Notes: generated by a model from the sequence alone, not told the origin. 64,000 nt of DNA from Anaerolineales bacterium (GCA_019637675.1 JAHBVE010000003.1:271696-335695); one strand, 5' to 3'; numbered from the stretch's first letter, positions 46,380 through 56,578 are shown. Translations and numbers: made by a program.

Positions 46380-47513
46380 TTACTTCCCAAGATGCATGGG
46401 CATGATCACATGCAAAAAGTCGTCGCTGCCCATCGGGCGCATCACGCCCGGCGCAGCCGGCGCCGACGTCTCCAGCGCCACGTTCGGCGTCTTCATCACT
46501 TCCAGCGCCTCGCGCAGGTAGCGCACATTGAAGGCGATCAGCACGCCGTTGCCTTCCACCGTAGCATCCACTTTGCTGTCGTTCGAGCCGGTTTCCTCCG
46601 CCGTCGCCGAGATGTCCACAACCCCGGGCGCCTTGCCCTCGCCCGGCTTGATCTCCAAACGGGTAATGTGCGAGCTCTCGCGCGCAAAGATCTCGGCCTG
46701 GCGCGCCGCCTTCAGGAACGCATCCGTCGCCACCACCGTGCGGGTCTTGAAACTGGTCGGCACGATCTGCTGGATCTCGGGGAACGCGCCTTCCACCAAC
46801 TGGCAGCGTAGCTCGGCGTTCTTCATGCTGAAGATCACCTGGCCGCGGCCGGCCGGCATGACCATGCTGATGCTCTCTTTGTCATCCGTGGCAATGCGCG
46901 CCACTTCGCTCAGTGCTCGCGCCGGGATGATGGCGCGCATGCTCTGCTCCGCCTTGGCGCCCAACTGCGCCTTGCGGATCGACAGCCGAAAGCCGTCAGC
47001 CGCCACCAGCGTCAGGTCCTTGCCCTCCACCGTGGTCAGCACGCCGGTCAGCACCGGGCGTGCGTCATCCTTGGAGGCCGCGAACACGACCTGCTGGATC
47101 ATTTCCTTGAAGTCGCCAGCCGGCAGCTCGATGCCAGTCGCCTTGTCAGGCTCCGGCATCGGCGGGAACTCCTGCGCATCGATGCCCTTGATCTCAGCCT
47201 TGGCGCGCCCCGCCTTGATGTGCAGGGTCTGCGTGCGCACCGCCAGATCCAGCTCGATCGTCTCACCTGGGAAGGTGGACACCAGGTCGATCAGGGTGCG
47301 GGCCGGCACCGTGGTTGCGCCTTCTTCGCTGATCTTGGCGTTGATCCAGCAGGTAATGCCCATCTCGCGGTCGGTCGCCGACAGTTTTAGCCGCCCATCC
47401 TCGGCAGAAATGAGCACATTTGCCAAAACAGGGTATGTACTGCGCGAAGAAACGGCGCGCGAGACGATATTGAGGCCCTGGGCCAAATTCTCTTGAGGGA
47501 CTGAGACTTTCAT
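46380..47513 (-). CDS. dnaN: DNA polymerase III beta sliding clamp
   Basis: 377 aa. Typical three-domain DnaN pattern (MKVSVPQENLAQGLNIVSRAVSSRSTYPVLANVLI...MPMHL). Confidence 0.9.
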   Translation of the reverse strand: MKVSVPQENLAQGLNIVSRAVSSRSTYPVLANVLISAEDGRLKLSATDREMGITCWINAKISEEGATTVPARTLIDLVSTFPGETIELDLAVRTQTLHIKAGRAKAEIKGIDAQEFPPMPEPDKATGIELPAGDFKEMIQQVVFAASKDDARPVLTGVLTTVEGKDLTLVAADGFRLSIRKAQLGAKAEQSMRAIIPARALSEVARIATDDKESISMVMPAGRGQVIFSMKNAELRCQLVEGAFPEIQQIVPTSFKTRTVVATDAFLKAARQAEIFARESSHITRLEIKPGEGKAPGVVDISATAEETGSNDSKVDATVEGNGVLIAFNVRYLREALEVMKTPNVALETSAPAAPGVMRPMGSDDFLHVIMPMHLGK

Positions 47514-47689
47514 GGGCAGAACTCCCGCTTAAGGATACAAGCGGCCAAAGCCGCTAGAAACTGCTTAAGATGGCTCAGTATATCATCTGATTCAATTAGG
47601 CCAAACAGCCTGTATTTTCAACCAAAAAAGCTGTGAGCGAGGCGATCTACCTGGGCGACCCCGACCTAATTGGCCTCTCTCGAACTCAT

Positions 47690-48319
47690 TTAGCAGCTAA
47701 ATGTAAGGAATCTAAATGTACCTTTTGAGGTTTCGTCTAGTTTTGCGTAGTCGAGCCAGTAGCAGGTATAGTTTCCTTTGAGAAGAATTTCTCTAGCATT
47801 ACCCTGTAATGTTCCCACTCCAACTCGATCCGCCCAAGACAAGCTGCCGAACAACACTTTGCCTTGATGAAGTTTGAAATTGGCATCTATAGCATCAGGG
47901 TTATTGCTTTCTCGCCAATACAAGCTGTCATTCGTAAGAAAGACAACAAATCCCCGATCGATTTGTTTGTTGCTTAGAAATTGTTCAATTCGCCAAATAT
48001 CTTTAATGACTAAGAACCTGTTTATGTCCTGTGCACCGTGATTTTGAAGCGAAAAAGCTTCAGCTCCAAGGGATATTGAGTTCCTAGCAGTTTTATACTT
48101 CAGTTCAATTCCAAAGACTTGGCCATCTTGTCTTACAACTATATCAATTGACTGTCTGCGGGGAGACAAGGACATAGGAACTTCAAGTCTGATATCTGCA
48201 TCAGGCAGTTGCTCCTTAATTTTCCAAGCCAAGGCATGCTGAAAATCAGCTTCTGAATAAAACACTGGTCTCTTATTTGCCAAGCTAGCAATAAGTTCAC
48301 TAATGTTAAATATGTTCAT
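47690..48319 (-). CDS. Hypothetical protein with PD-(D/E)xK nuclease-like motif, on a low-GC island
   Basis: Start trimmed to MNIFNISELIAS (ATG 48317-48319), 209 aa. Candidate catalytic pattern ...SIDIVVRQDGQVFGIELKYK (D...E-x-K). One hand-counted 60-nt line (48001-48060) has 23 G+C, against about 60-65% in the flanking genes. Confidence 0.55.
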   Translation of the reverse strand: MNIFNISELIASLANKRPVFYSEADFQHALAWKIKEQLPDADIRLEVPMSLSPRRQSIDIVVRQDGQVFGIELKYKTARNSISLGAEAFSLQNHGAQDINRFLVIKDIWRIEQFLSNKQIDRGFVVFLTNDSLYWRESNNPDAIDANFKLHQGKVLFGSLSWADRVGVGTLQGNAREILLKGNYTCYWLDYAKLDETSKGTFRFLTFSC

Positions 48320-48340
48320 CCACCTAACCGATTCTCTTAC

Positions 48341-48374
48341 AAAAAGAGCCGTCCAAGGCAACGGCTCTTTTTCT
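48341..48374. terminator. Hairpin terminator downstream of gdh (usable in both directions)
   Basis: AAAAA-GAGCCGT-ccaaggca-ACGGCTC-TTTTT between the gdh stop (48399) and the island gene start (48319). Confidence 0.6.
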
Positions 48375-48398
48375 AAACAATAGGGACTGTTGTTTGCC

Positions 48399-49685
48399 CT
48401 ACAGCCAGCCGCGCAGCTGCATGGCCTCCACAACCGAGCCGATCGCCACCATATAGGCCGCATCGCGCATCTTGACCTTCTCGCCCACCGACATCTTCAA
48501 CACCTTGCCGAAGGCTTCGGTCATCTTCATGTCCAGCCGCTGGATCACTTCTTCCTGCGACCAGTAGTAGTTCATGTCGTTCTGCACGCCTTCAAAATAC
48601 GATACGGTCACGCCGCCGCTGTTGCACAAAAAGTCAGGGATGACGAAGATGTTGCGCTTCTCCAGCTCCTCGTCGCCTTCCAGCGTCGTCGGGCCGTTGG
48701 CGCCCTCCGCAACGATCTTGACCGTATCGCTGATCTTCTTGCCGCTGTCAGCGTTGATCTGGCCTTCCAGCGCGGCGGGGATCAGCACCTCCGCGTCCTG
48801 CGAGATCCAGTCGTCGCCGCCGCTGATCGTGTAGCCGGCCTCCTGCGCTTTGGCCTTGTTGATCGAGCCGTATTCATCCGTAATGTTCTGCAGGAAGGCG
48901 ATGTCTAGGCCCTTCTTGCTGCTCACGCTCAGCGAGGCCTTCTCTTCACGGTCCCAGTACGAGACGCACAACACCTTGCCGCCCAGGATCTGCGTGAAGC
49001 CCAGGCCGGCGAACTGGGCCACATTACCAAAACCCTGGATCGATGCGCTGGTCTTGCTGGGGTCCATCTTGAGATGCTTCATCGCCTCGCGCACGTTGTA
49101 GATCACGCCGTAGCCGGTGGCCTCCTTGCGGCCCTTGGATCCGCCGCCGCCCACCGGTTTGCCCGTGATCACGCCCGGCGTGTACTGGCCCACCAACCTG
49201 GAGTATTCGTCCATCATCCAGCCCATCATCTGCGGGGTGGTGCCCACATCCGGCGCGGGTACGTCCACGCGCGGGCCGAGATTGTGATGGATCTGGCCCA
49301 CCCAGCCGCGGCACAGTTGCTCTTTCTCCTTGAGCGAGAGCGAAGCCGAGTCCACCGCCACGCCGCCTTTGGCGCCGCCCAGCGGAATGTCCGCCACCGC
49401 GCACTTCCAGGTCATCCACATCGCCAGCGCGCGCACGGTGTCCATCGTCTCCGACTGGTGAAAGCGAATGCCGCCCTTTGTCGGCCCGCGTGAATCATTG
49501 TGCTGCACGCGGTAGCCGAAGAACACCTTCTGGCTGCCATCGTCCATGCGCACCGGGATCTGGAACTTGAACTCACGGCGCGGCCAACGCAGCTGCTCAG
49601 CCACATCTGAGTCCAGATGCAGCTGCTTGGCCACGTTGTCAAACTGGGCTTGGGCGATGCTGAAAGCGTTGGTGGTTTCCGACAT
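48399..49685 (-). CDS. gdhA: Glutamate dehydrogenase (Glu/Leu/Phe/Val dehydrogenase family)
   Basis: 428 aa. Catalytic Lys region IPLGGAKGGV and dinucleotide fold IQGFGNVA. Confidence 0.9.
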   Translation of the reverse strand: MSETTNAFSIAQAQFDNVAKQLHLDSDVAEQLRWPRREFKFQIPVRMDDGSQKVFFGYRVQHNDSRGPTKGGIRFHQSETMDTVRALAMWMTWKCAVADIPLGGAKGGVAVDSASLSLKEKEQLCRGWVGQIHHNLGPRVDVPAPDVGTTPQMMGWMMDEYSRLVGQYTPGVITGKPVGGGGSKGRKEATGYGVIYNVREAMKHLKMDPSKTSASIQGFGNVAQFAGLGFTQILGGKVLCVSYWDREEKASLSVSSKKGLDIAFLQNITDEYGSINKAKAQEAGYTISGGDDWISQDAEVLIPAALEGQINADSGKKISDTVKIVAEGANGPTTLEGDEELEKRNIFVIPDFLCNSGGVTVSYFEGVQNDMNYYWSQEEVIQRLDMKMTEAFGKVLKMSVGEKVKMRDAAYMVAIGSVVEAMQLRGWL

Positions 49686-49960
49686 TACTCTCCTGCTTAC
49701 TAGGGTGGTCCGGCGTGAACAGCCGGGTTAAACAACTATGCGGGCGCCTTGCTAGACAGCCCGCAGTTAAAAACAAAGTTCATGTGATTGGCCGATTTTG
49801 ATCTCATCTCAGAGTTCAGGTTTCAGCGACAGCACCTGAATTCTACTCCGTTTTAGCCCATTGGTCTGTTGGCAACCCATCCGCCAGCCTTCAGTGCTTA
49901 GTCGCTTTACCTGCTCCCTGTTCCCTCATCCCTGCTCACTACCGCCCTGCTCACTCGCCC

Positions 49961-50512
49961 CTACCGCCCCACATCCTCCGCGCGTCGCACGGTCACCTTC
50001 TCACCCTTGCAGATCGTGCCCGGCTTCTCCACCCACGCCACCAGGCCGCGCTTGCCGATCGCCCGCTTGGGGAACGCGCTGCGTAGCTCCGGGCGCTCGT
50101 ACTGCTCGGCCAGGCAGCCGCCGGCCGTCACGCACGGCATGTTCTCGCCTTCCACCACCACGCCCGCGCCGCCTTCAAAGTACAGGCGGCTGCCGGGCGG
50201 CAGCTGCGTCAGGTCGGGCACGCCGGAGATCATCAGGTTGGCGCCCAGCCAGGCCGGCTCCACCCGCTCCACCTGCATTGCCTCGGCCACCTGCGCCAAT
50301 TCTTCGGCTGAGACGATCGAGATCTGGCGCACATTGCGGATCAGCTCGCCTTTAGGGTAGGGCGCCTGGAACTTGTTGGCTTTCATGGTCAAGCCAAAAT
50401 GCTTGTCGCCCACCAACCCTTCCAGGGTCGCTTCCACTTCGTCCAACGCAGTACTGGGGATCAGCTCCGGCGTGATCGCCAGCGCTTCCACAACACCTTG
50501 CATATCAGCCAT
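49961..50512 (-). CDS. MOSC domain-containing protein
   Basis: 183 aa. GDKHFG..., RQISIVSAEEL..., LGANLMISGV..., conserved Cys region NMPCV. Confidence 0.75.
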   Translation of the reverse strand: MADMQGVVEALAITPELIPSTALDEVEATLEGLVGDKHFGLTMKANKFQAPYPKGELIRNVRQISIVSAEELAQVAEAMQVERVEPAWLGANLMISGVPDLTQLPPGSRLYFEGGAGVVVEGENMPCVTAGGCLAEQYERPELRSAFPKRAIGKRGLVAWVEKPGTICKGEKVTVRRAEDVGR

Positions 50513-50518
50513 TTCGCC

Positions 50519-51982
50519 TCACTTTCCCAGCTTGCTCAGCTGGGCCTGTAATTCGTCACGCACCGCGGCCGGGTTGGCTTTGCCGCCGGCTTTTTGCATC
50601 ACTTGCCCGAACAGGAAGTTCAGCAGCGGCGCATTGCCCGCCAAGTAGTCGGCGGACTGTTTGGGATGGGCCGCGATCACTTCGCCCACCCACGCCGCCA
50701 GTTGCCCGCTGTCCGAGATCTGCTGCAGCCCGCGCGCTTTGATGATGCTGGCCGGGCTGCCGCCTTCGGCGAACAGCACGCCCAGCACCTCGCGTGCGCC
50801 GGCGGCGTTCACTTTGCCGACCGCCACCTGGTCGCACAGCGCCGCCAGCTGCTTGGCGCCGAAGCGCAGGTCACCCATCTCAACACCGGCCTCGTTCATC
50901 AACCCGAACAACGGACCCGTCAGCCAGTTGGCGATCAGCTTGGCATCGGCCGTCTTGGCCGCCGCCACTGCGGCTTCATAGAAATCAGCCACTTCGCGCT
51001 CAGCGACGATGACGTTGGCGTCGTACGCCTTCAACCCATACTTGGAAATAAATCGCTCGCGCCGCGCCTGCGGAAGCTCGGGCAAACCCTTGCGAATCTT
51101 CTCGACCCAGGCCTTCTCCACCACCAGCGGCGGCAGGTCCGGCTCGGGGAAATAGCGGTAATCCTCAGCAACTTCCTTGGAGCGCTGCGCCTGCGTGGTG
51201 CCGCGGGCATCATCCCATCCCAATGTCTGCTGCACCACCGCGCCACCCGCTTCCACCAGCTGTTCTTGGCGCGCCAGCTCATAGGTCGTGGCCCGTTCCA
51301 GTGAGCGGAAGCTGTTGAGGTTCTTGATCTCGGCCCGTGTGCCGAACTCGCGGCTGCCAACCGGCCGGATGGAAATATTGGGCTCGATGCGCATCAAGCC
51401 CTTCTCCAGGTTGCCGGAGTTGACGCCCACATAGCGCAAGATGCTGCGCAGCGCGTAGGCGCAGTTGCGCACCGCCTCCACGGAGTGCAGCTCCGGCTCG
51501 GTCACGATCTCCAGCAGCGGCACACCGCTGCGGTTGAGGTCCACCAGCGAATAGCGCTCGCCATCCCGCTCCACATGGGTCAGCTTGCCGGTGTCTTCTT
51601 CAATATGCACCCGGCGGATAGCTACTCGCTGCTCCCCGTCCACGGTGTCGATCGTCAGCCAGCCATTTTGCGCCAGCGGCTGCTCATATTGCGAGATCTG
51701 GAAGCCCTTCGGCAGGTCCGGGTAAAAATAGCTCTTGCGTGCAAAGATGCTGGTCAGGTTGATGGTGCAGTTCAGCGCCAACGCCACCCGCAGCGCATAT
51801 TCCACCGCCGCCTCGTTGATCACTGGCAGCATGCCAGGCATGCCGGCGCATATCGGGCACACCGCAATGTTGGGTTCGCCCACGGTGGAATCCACCACCG
51901 GGCACGCGCAGAACATCTTGCTGCGCGTTTCCAGCACGGCGTGCACTTCAAGCCCGATGACGGGCTGGTACTTGCTCGCCAT
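50519..51982 (-). CDS. gatB: Asp-tRNA(Asn)/Glu-tRNA(Gln) amidotransferase subunit B
   Basis: 487 aa. YQPVIGLEVHAVL, FCACP, DLNRSGVPLLEIV, C-terminal YqeY-like tail. Confidence 0.92.
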   Translation of the reverse strand: MASKYQPVIGLEVHAVLETRSKMFCACPVVDSTVGEPNIAVCPICAGMPGMLPVINEAAVEYALRVALALNCTINLTSIFARKSYFYPDLPKGFQISQYEQPLAQNGWLTIDTVDGEQRVAIRRVHIEEDTGKLTHVERDGERYSLVDLNRSGVPLLEIVTEPELHSVEAVRNCAYALRSILRYVGVNSGNLEKGLMRIEPNISIRPVGSREFGTRAEIKNLNSFRSLERATTYELARQEQLVEAGGAVVQQTLGWDDARGTTQAQRSKEVAEDYRYFPEPDLPPLVVEKAWVEKIRKGLPELPQARRERFISKYGLKAYDANVIVAEREVADFYEAAVAAAKTADAKLIANWLTGPLFGLMNEAGVEMGDLRFGAKQLAALCDQVAVGKVNAAGAREVLGVLFAEGGSPASIIKARGLQQISDSGQLAAWVGEVIAAHPKQSADYLAGNAPLLNFLFGQVMQKAGGKANPAAVRDELQAQLSKLGK

Positions 51983-51987
51983 CCGTC

Positions 51988-53004
51988 CTACCCAGCCTCC
52001 CCGCTCACCGAGGAATCATCGCCCACATTCACCTGGCCGCGCACGCCGCGCACCTGGCTGCGCTCGCCGATCAGCGAGTGCTTCAGCTGGCTGTCCTCGA
52101 TCACTACATCGCGCTCCACCACCGCATCTTCGATGCGGCTATTGCGCACGCTCGAGCCCGCGCCGATGGAAACATACGGCCCCAGCTCGCTGTTCTCTAC
52201 CGTTGCGCTGGGGTGGATGTAAACCGGCGGGTGCAGCGTCACACCTTCGTGGCCAACCTGGCCGCTGTTGTCGCGGCCTTTCTCCAGCAGTTTCTGATTC
52301 GTCTCTAGCACGGTGTCCGGCAGGCCGGCGTCCAGCCATTCGCCCACTACCTCGGTGCGCATGCGCAGCCCCTTCTTGAGCATGATGTCGATCGCGTCGG
52401 CCAGGAAATATTCGTTCTTGGTCACAACGCCTTTTTCCATCTGCTCATCGATGGCTGCCATCAGGTCTTCGCCGCGCTTGAAGTAATAAATGCCCACCAC
52501 GGCCAGGTTGTTGCTCATATCATCCGGCTTTTCGATCAAGCCGCGCACCAGCCCATCGTCACCCAGAGCGGCCACGCCAAAGCGGCGCGGGTCCGGCACG
52601 GGCTTCACCCACGCCACCGCATCCACCTCTTCCTTATCCAGGGCCGAGAAGTCGGTCTCGACCACTGTATCCACAAAGATCACCAGGGTCGGCCCGCTCA
52701 TGAATTCACGCGCCTGAGCCAGCGCGTGGGATTGGCCCTTCATTTCCTTCTGCTCCACAAAGTGCGCTTTCACCTTGGGGTGCTCGGCTTTCATATACGC
52801 CTGCACCTGCTCGCCCAACCAGCCGACGATGAACACCATCTCGGCCTGCTCAGCGCCCGGCGCGGTCTGCAGCAGCTTCAGCACGTGCCCCAAAATCGTG
52901 TCGCCCGCCGCGGTCAACAGCGGCTTGGGGCGGCTCCAGGTGTGCGGGCGCAGGCGCGTGCCAAAGCCGGCCATGGGCACAATGATCTTCAGTGGTTCAC
53001 TCAT
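51988..53004 (-). CDS. Sugar-phosphate nucleotidyltransferase with C-terminal left-handed beta-helix (RmlA/GlmU-like)
   Basis: 338 aa. IVPMAGFGTRLRP (GxGTRxxP) motif. Hexapeptide-like C-terminus. Located between gatA and gatB. Confidence 0.8.
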   Translation of the reverse strand: MSEPLKIIVPMAGFGTRLRPHTWSRPKPLLTAAGDTILGHVLKLLQTAPGAEQAEMVFIVGWLGEQVQAYMKAEHPKVKAHFVEQKEMKGQSHALAQAREFMSGPTLVIFVDTVVETDFSALDKEEVDAVAWVKPVPDPRRFGVAALGDDGLVRGLIEKPDDMSNNLAVVGIYYFKRGEDLMAAIDEQMEKGVVTKNEYFLADAIDIMLKKGLRMRTEVVGEWLDAGLPDTVLETNQKLLEKGRDNSGQVGHEGVTLHPPVYIHPSATVENSELGPYVSIGAGSSVRNSRIEDAVVERDVVIEDSQLKHSLIGERSQVRGVRGQVNVGDDSSVSGEAG

Positions 53005-53014
53005 GGCATCTCCT

Positions 53015-54483
<1,469 letters not shown>

Positions 54484-54487
<4 letters not shown>

Positions 54488-54780
54488 GGGCCACCGTCCA
54501 ACACCGGCGGCACTTTAAACTGCTCATCGCTCGCTTCGGGCGCGTTGGCCAGCAGGTCGGCGCGCAGCATGGCCGCCGCGGGCTCATCAGGCCGCAGGCG
54601 GCTGCGTTCCACCACAATGCTGGCCATGGCCGGCACGTCTGTGGTGTCCAGCTCCTGCAGCTTGCCTACATGCTCAAGAATATTGGAGAGTTGTTCGCCG
54701 TAACGCTCTTTTTCTTCTTCGCTCAGGTGCAGGCGCGCCAGTAATGCAATATGTTCAACGTCTTCTTTGGTTAAGCGCAT
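54484..54780 (-). CDS. gatC: Glu-tRNA(Gln)/Asp-tRNA(Asn) amidotransferase subunit C
   Basis: 98 aa. MRLTKEDVEHIALLARLHLSEEE is the typical GatC N-terminus. 4-nt overlap with gatA. Confidence 0.9.
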
Positions 54781-54789
54781 ACACGGCCA

Positions 54790-54795
54790 ATTATA
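54790..54795 (-). promoter_or_regulatory. Candidate -10 element (TATAAT) close to the gatC start
   Basis: On the minus strand, TATAAT is followed by 9 nt and then the gatC ATG (54780). No Shine-Dalgarno sequence in between. Confidence 0.3.
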
Positions 54796-54835
54796 AATGC
54801 CCGCCCTTTACGCCGCACGCCCGCAAGTTATCAAG

Positions 54836-55759
54836 CTACCAATCCCGCGCATACCAGCGCAGGTATTGCTCCACATGGCTGCTCCAGTACGCTTCGCTGT
54901 GGTCACCGGTGAACAGGTACCACTCGTGCGCAATATTGCGCTGGGTCAACAGCCCCTCAAACCAGATGGCCGAATCCAGGATGGCGCGCTGGTCACGCTC
55001 GCCAATGTCCAGCCAGATGCGCGGCAGATCCTCGGCCGGCATCTCATCCAGCCAGCCGCGCATCTGCGGAGCATCCTCCTGGAACACGGGCGGGCTGTGC
55101 CCACCCACCGCTGAGAACAGATCCGGATAGTTGAAGGCGAAGTGGATCGCCCACGAAGCCCCGCGTGACAGCCCGCCGATGGCGCGCGTCTCGCGTGCAG
55201 TCAACGTGCGATAGTTCGCGTCGACCCATGGCAGCAACTCCTCGATCACCGCCTGCCGGAATGGGTCCTGCGAGGGCTGATTCGACGAGCGGTCATACGG
55301 CATCACAATAATGAATGGCGCCACCTCGCCGGCTGCGATCAGGCGGCTGGCCGCCTCGTCAGCCCCCAAGCGGTCCCACTGGTCATCGTTATAGGTCTGC
55401 CCGTGCACCAGGTACAGCACGGGGTAACTTTCCACGCTCTCGTCATAGCAGGGCGGGGTATATACCCGGAAGCGCAGCCCATAATCCAAATAGTCCGACT
55501 CCACCTCGTGGTATTCCACTTGGCCGCCCGCATCCAGACATTGCGCTTTCACCAGCTGGGTAGCCAGCGCCGCTTGCGTCTCGGTGGCCTTGTCCAAATT
55601 CACATCCAGCGTCGCCGCAGCCCCCGGCGTGGGCTGCGCTGCTGGCGTCGCATCCGTCTCCGCCGCCAGCGTGGCAGCCGGCACCTGACCGCCGCAGGCC
55701 GCCAGCAGCCAGCCGGCCACAACGAGTGCCAGTACGGCTCGTCTTTGCGAGCCAGCCAT
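54836..55759 (-). CDS. Secreted alpha/beta-hydrolase, esterase family (enterochelin-esterase/esterase D-like) lipoprotein
   Basis: Start trimmed to MAGSQRRAVLALVVAGWLLAAC (lipobox). YPVLYLVHG and IGGLSRGA (GxSxG-like) motifs. Confidence 0.8.
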   Translation of the reverse strand: MAGSQRRAVLALVVAGWLLAACGGQVPAATLAAETDATPAAQPTPGAAATLDVNLDKATETQAALATQLVKAQCLDAGGQVEYHEVESDYLDYGLRFRVYTPPCYDESVESYPVLYLVHGQTYNDDQWDRLGADEAASRLIAAGEVAPFIIVMPYDRSSNQPSQDPFRQAVIEELLPWVDANYRTLTARETRAIGGLSRGASWAIHFAFNYPDLFSAVGGHSPPVFQEDAPQMRGWLDEMPAEDLPRIWLDIGERDQRAILDSAIWFEGLLTQRNIAHEWYLFTGDHSEAYWSSHVEQYLRWYARDW

Positions 55760-55796
55760 CCGGCTGGCGAAGCGATCCCCAAGCCAATATCTATAT

Positions 55797-55880
55797 CTAT
55801 CTGTGTTCATCTGTGGATAAAAGAAGGAAGTATCTGCGTTGCGCCGCAAGCGGCGCACATCTGCGTTCATCTGTGACGAG
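55797..55880. repeat. Intergenic repeat cluster: phased 10-bp ATCTGYGTTC/ATCTGTG units around a GC palindrome
   Basis: ATCTGTGTTCATCTGTGGATAA (55799-55820), ATCTGCGTT (55832-55840), palindrome GCGCCGCAAGCGGCGC (55841-55856), ATCTGCGTTCATCTGTG (55859-55875). A related copy lies at 61223-61284. Confidence 0.7.
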
Positions 55881-55887
55881 GGTTGCC

Positions 55888-56532
55888 TTACCCGCGCGCG
55901 AAGCGCTCTTCCTTCCAGACATTCGCCTTGTTGTGATATCCCGCCTGTTCCCAGAAACCCAGCTGATCCTCCGCCAAAAACTCCAGGCCGCGCAGCCACT
56001 TGGCACCCTTCCACAAATACGGCGTCTCCAAGTCCTCGCGCCCGCGGATGTAGCCCACCACGCCGCGCAGCGGCAGCCCGTGGTCCGGGTCCAACGGCTG
56101 CCCGTTGAACGTATCCGCCAGCAGAAAATTCTCGGCCAGCGCCACTTCGATCGGCAAATTCACCGTGAAGCCATACTCCGCATGCTGCAGCAAATGTTTG
56201 GCTGTGGGCTTGAGTTTGATAAGGCCTTGATCCACCAGATCACGCAAGCCCACGCCTTCCCACTCCGTGTCGAACTTGCTCCAGCGCGTCACGCAGTGCA
56301 GGTCCATCACAACTTTGCGCCGCGGCAACTGCCTGAACTCGTCCCAGGTCCAGCGCTGCTCTTCCTCCACCTCGCCCCACACGCGCAGATCCCACGTCTC
56401 GGGGTTGAAACGCGGCACAGGCCCATAATGCAGCACGGGGAACTTCTGAGTCAGCGATTGCCCAGGCGGCAGCCGCCCCTCGCTGCGCACCCGCGCTTCT
56501 TCCTCGCGGCGGTCTTTCGAGAAGTCGAACAT
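55888..56532 (-). CDS. Sulfite-oxidase-like molybdopterin-dependent oxidoreductase (catalytic domain only)
   Basis: 214 aa. RLPPGQSLTQKFPVLHYG..., DLHCVTRWSKFDTEWEGV match the Oxidored_molyb family pattern. Confidence 0.8.
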   Translation of the reverse strand: MFDFSKDRREEEARVRSEGRLPPGQSLTQKFPVLHYGPVPRFNPETWDLRVWGEVEEEQRWTWDEFRQLPRRKVVMDLHCVTRWSKFDTEWEGVGLRDLVDQGLIKLKPTAKHLLQHAEYGFTVNLPIEVALAENFLLADTFNGQPLDPDHGLPLRGVVGYIRGREDLETPYLWKGAKWLRGLEFLAEDQLGFWEQAGYHNKANVWKEERFARG

Positions 56533-56578
56533 GGTCTCAGTATACGCCCGCAGCTATGCGGGCCAGAATGAGTTCTGG

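Noticed and set aside
47514-47689. Possible replication origin directly upstream of dnaN
   Set aside because: Read on both strands: no TTATCCACA-like 9-mers and no pronounced AT-rich tract. The DnaA-box cluster is at 57285-57650 instead.
47690-48319. Calling the low-GC islands (47690-48319 and 59040-60014) mobile elements
   Set aside because: No transposase, integrase, terminal inverted repeats or target-site duplications could be identified by eye. They are reported as compositionally foreign single-gene insertions only.
49861-50355. 164-aa Pro/Arg/Ala-rich plus-strand ORF spanning the gdh-MOSC spacer and the MOSC gene
   Set aside because: Low-complexity translation, mostly antisense to the MOSC CDS, with no start context or motif. 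Not coding.
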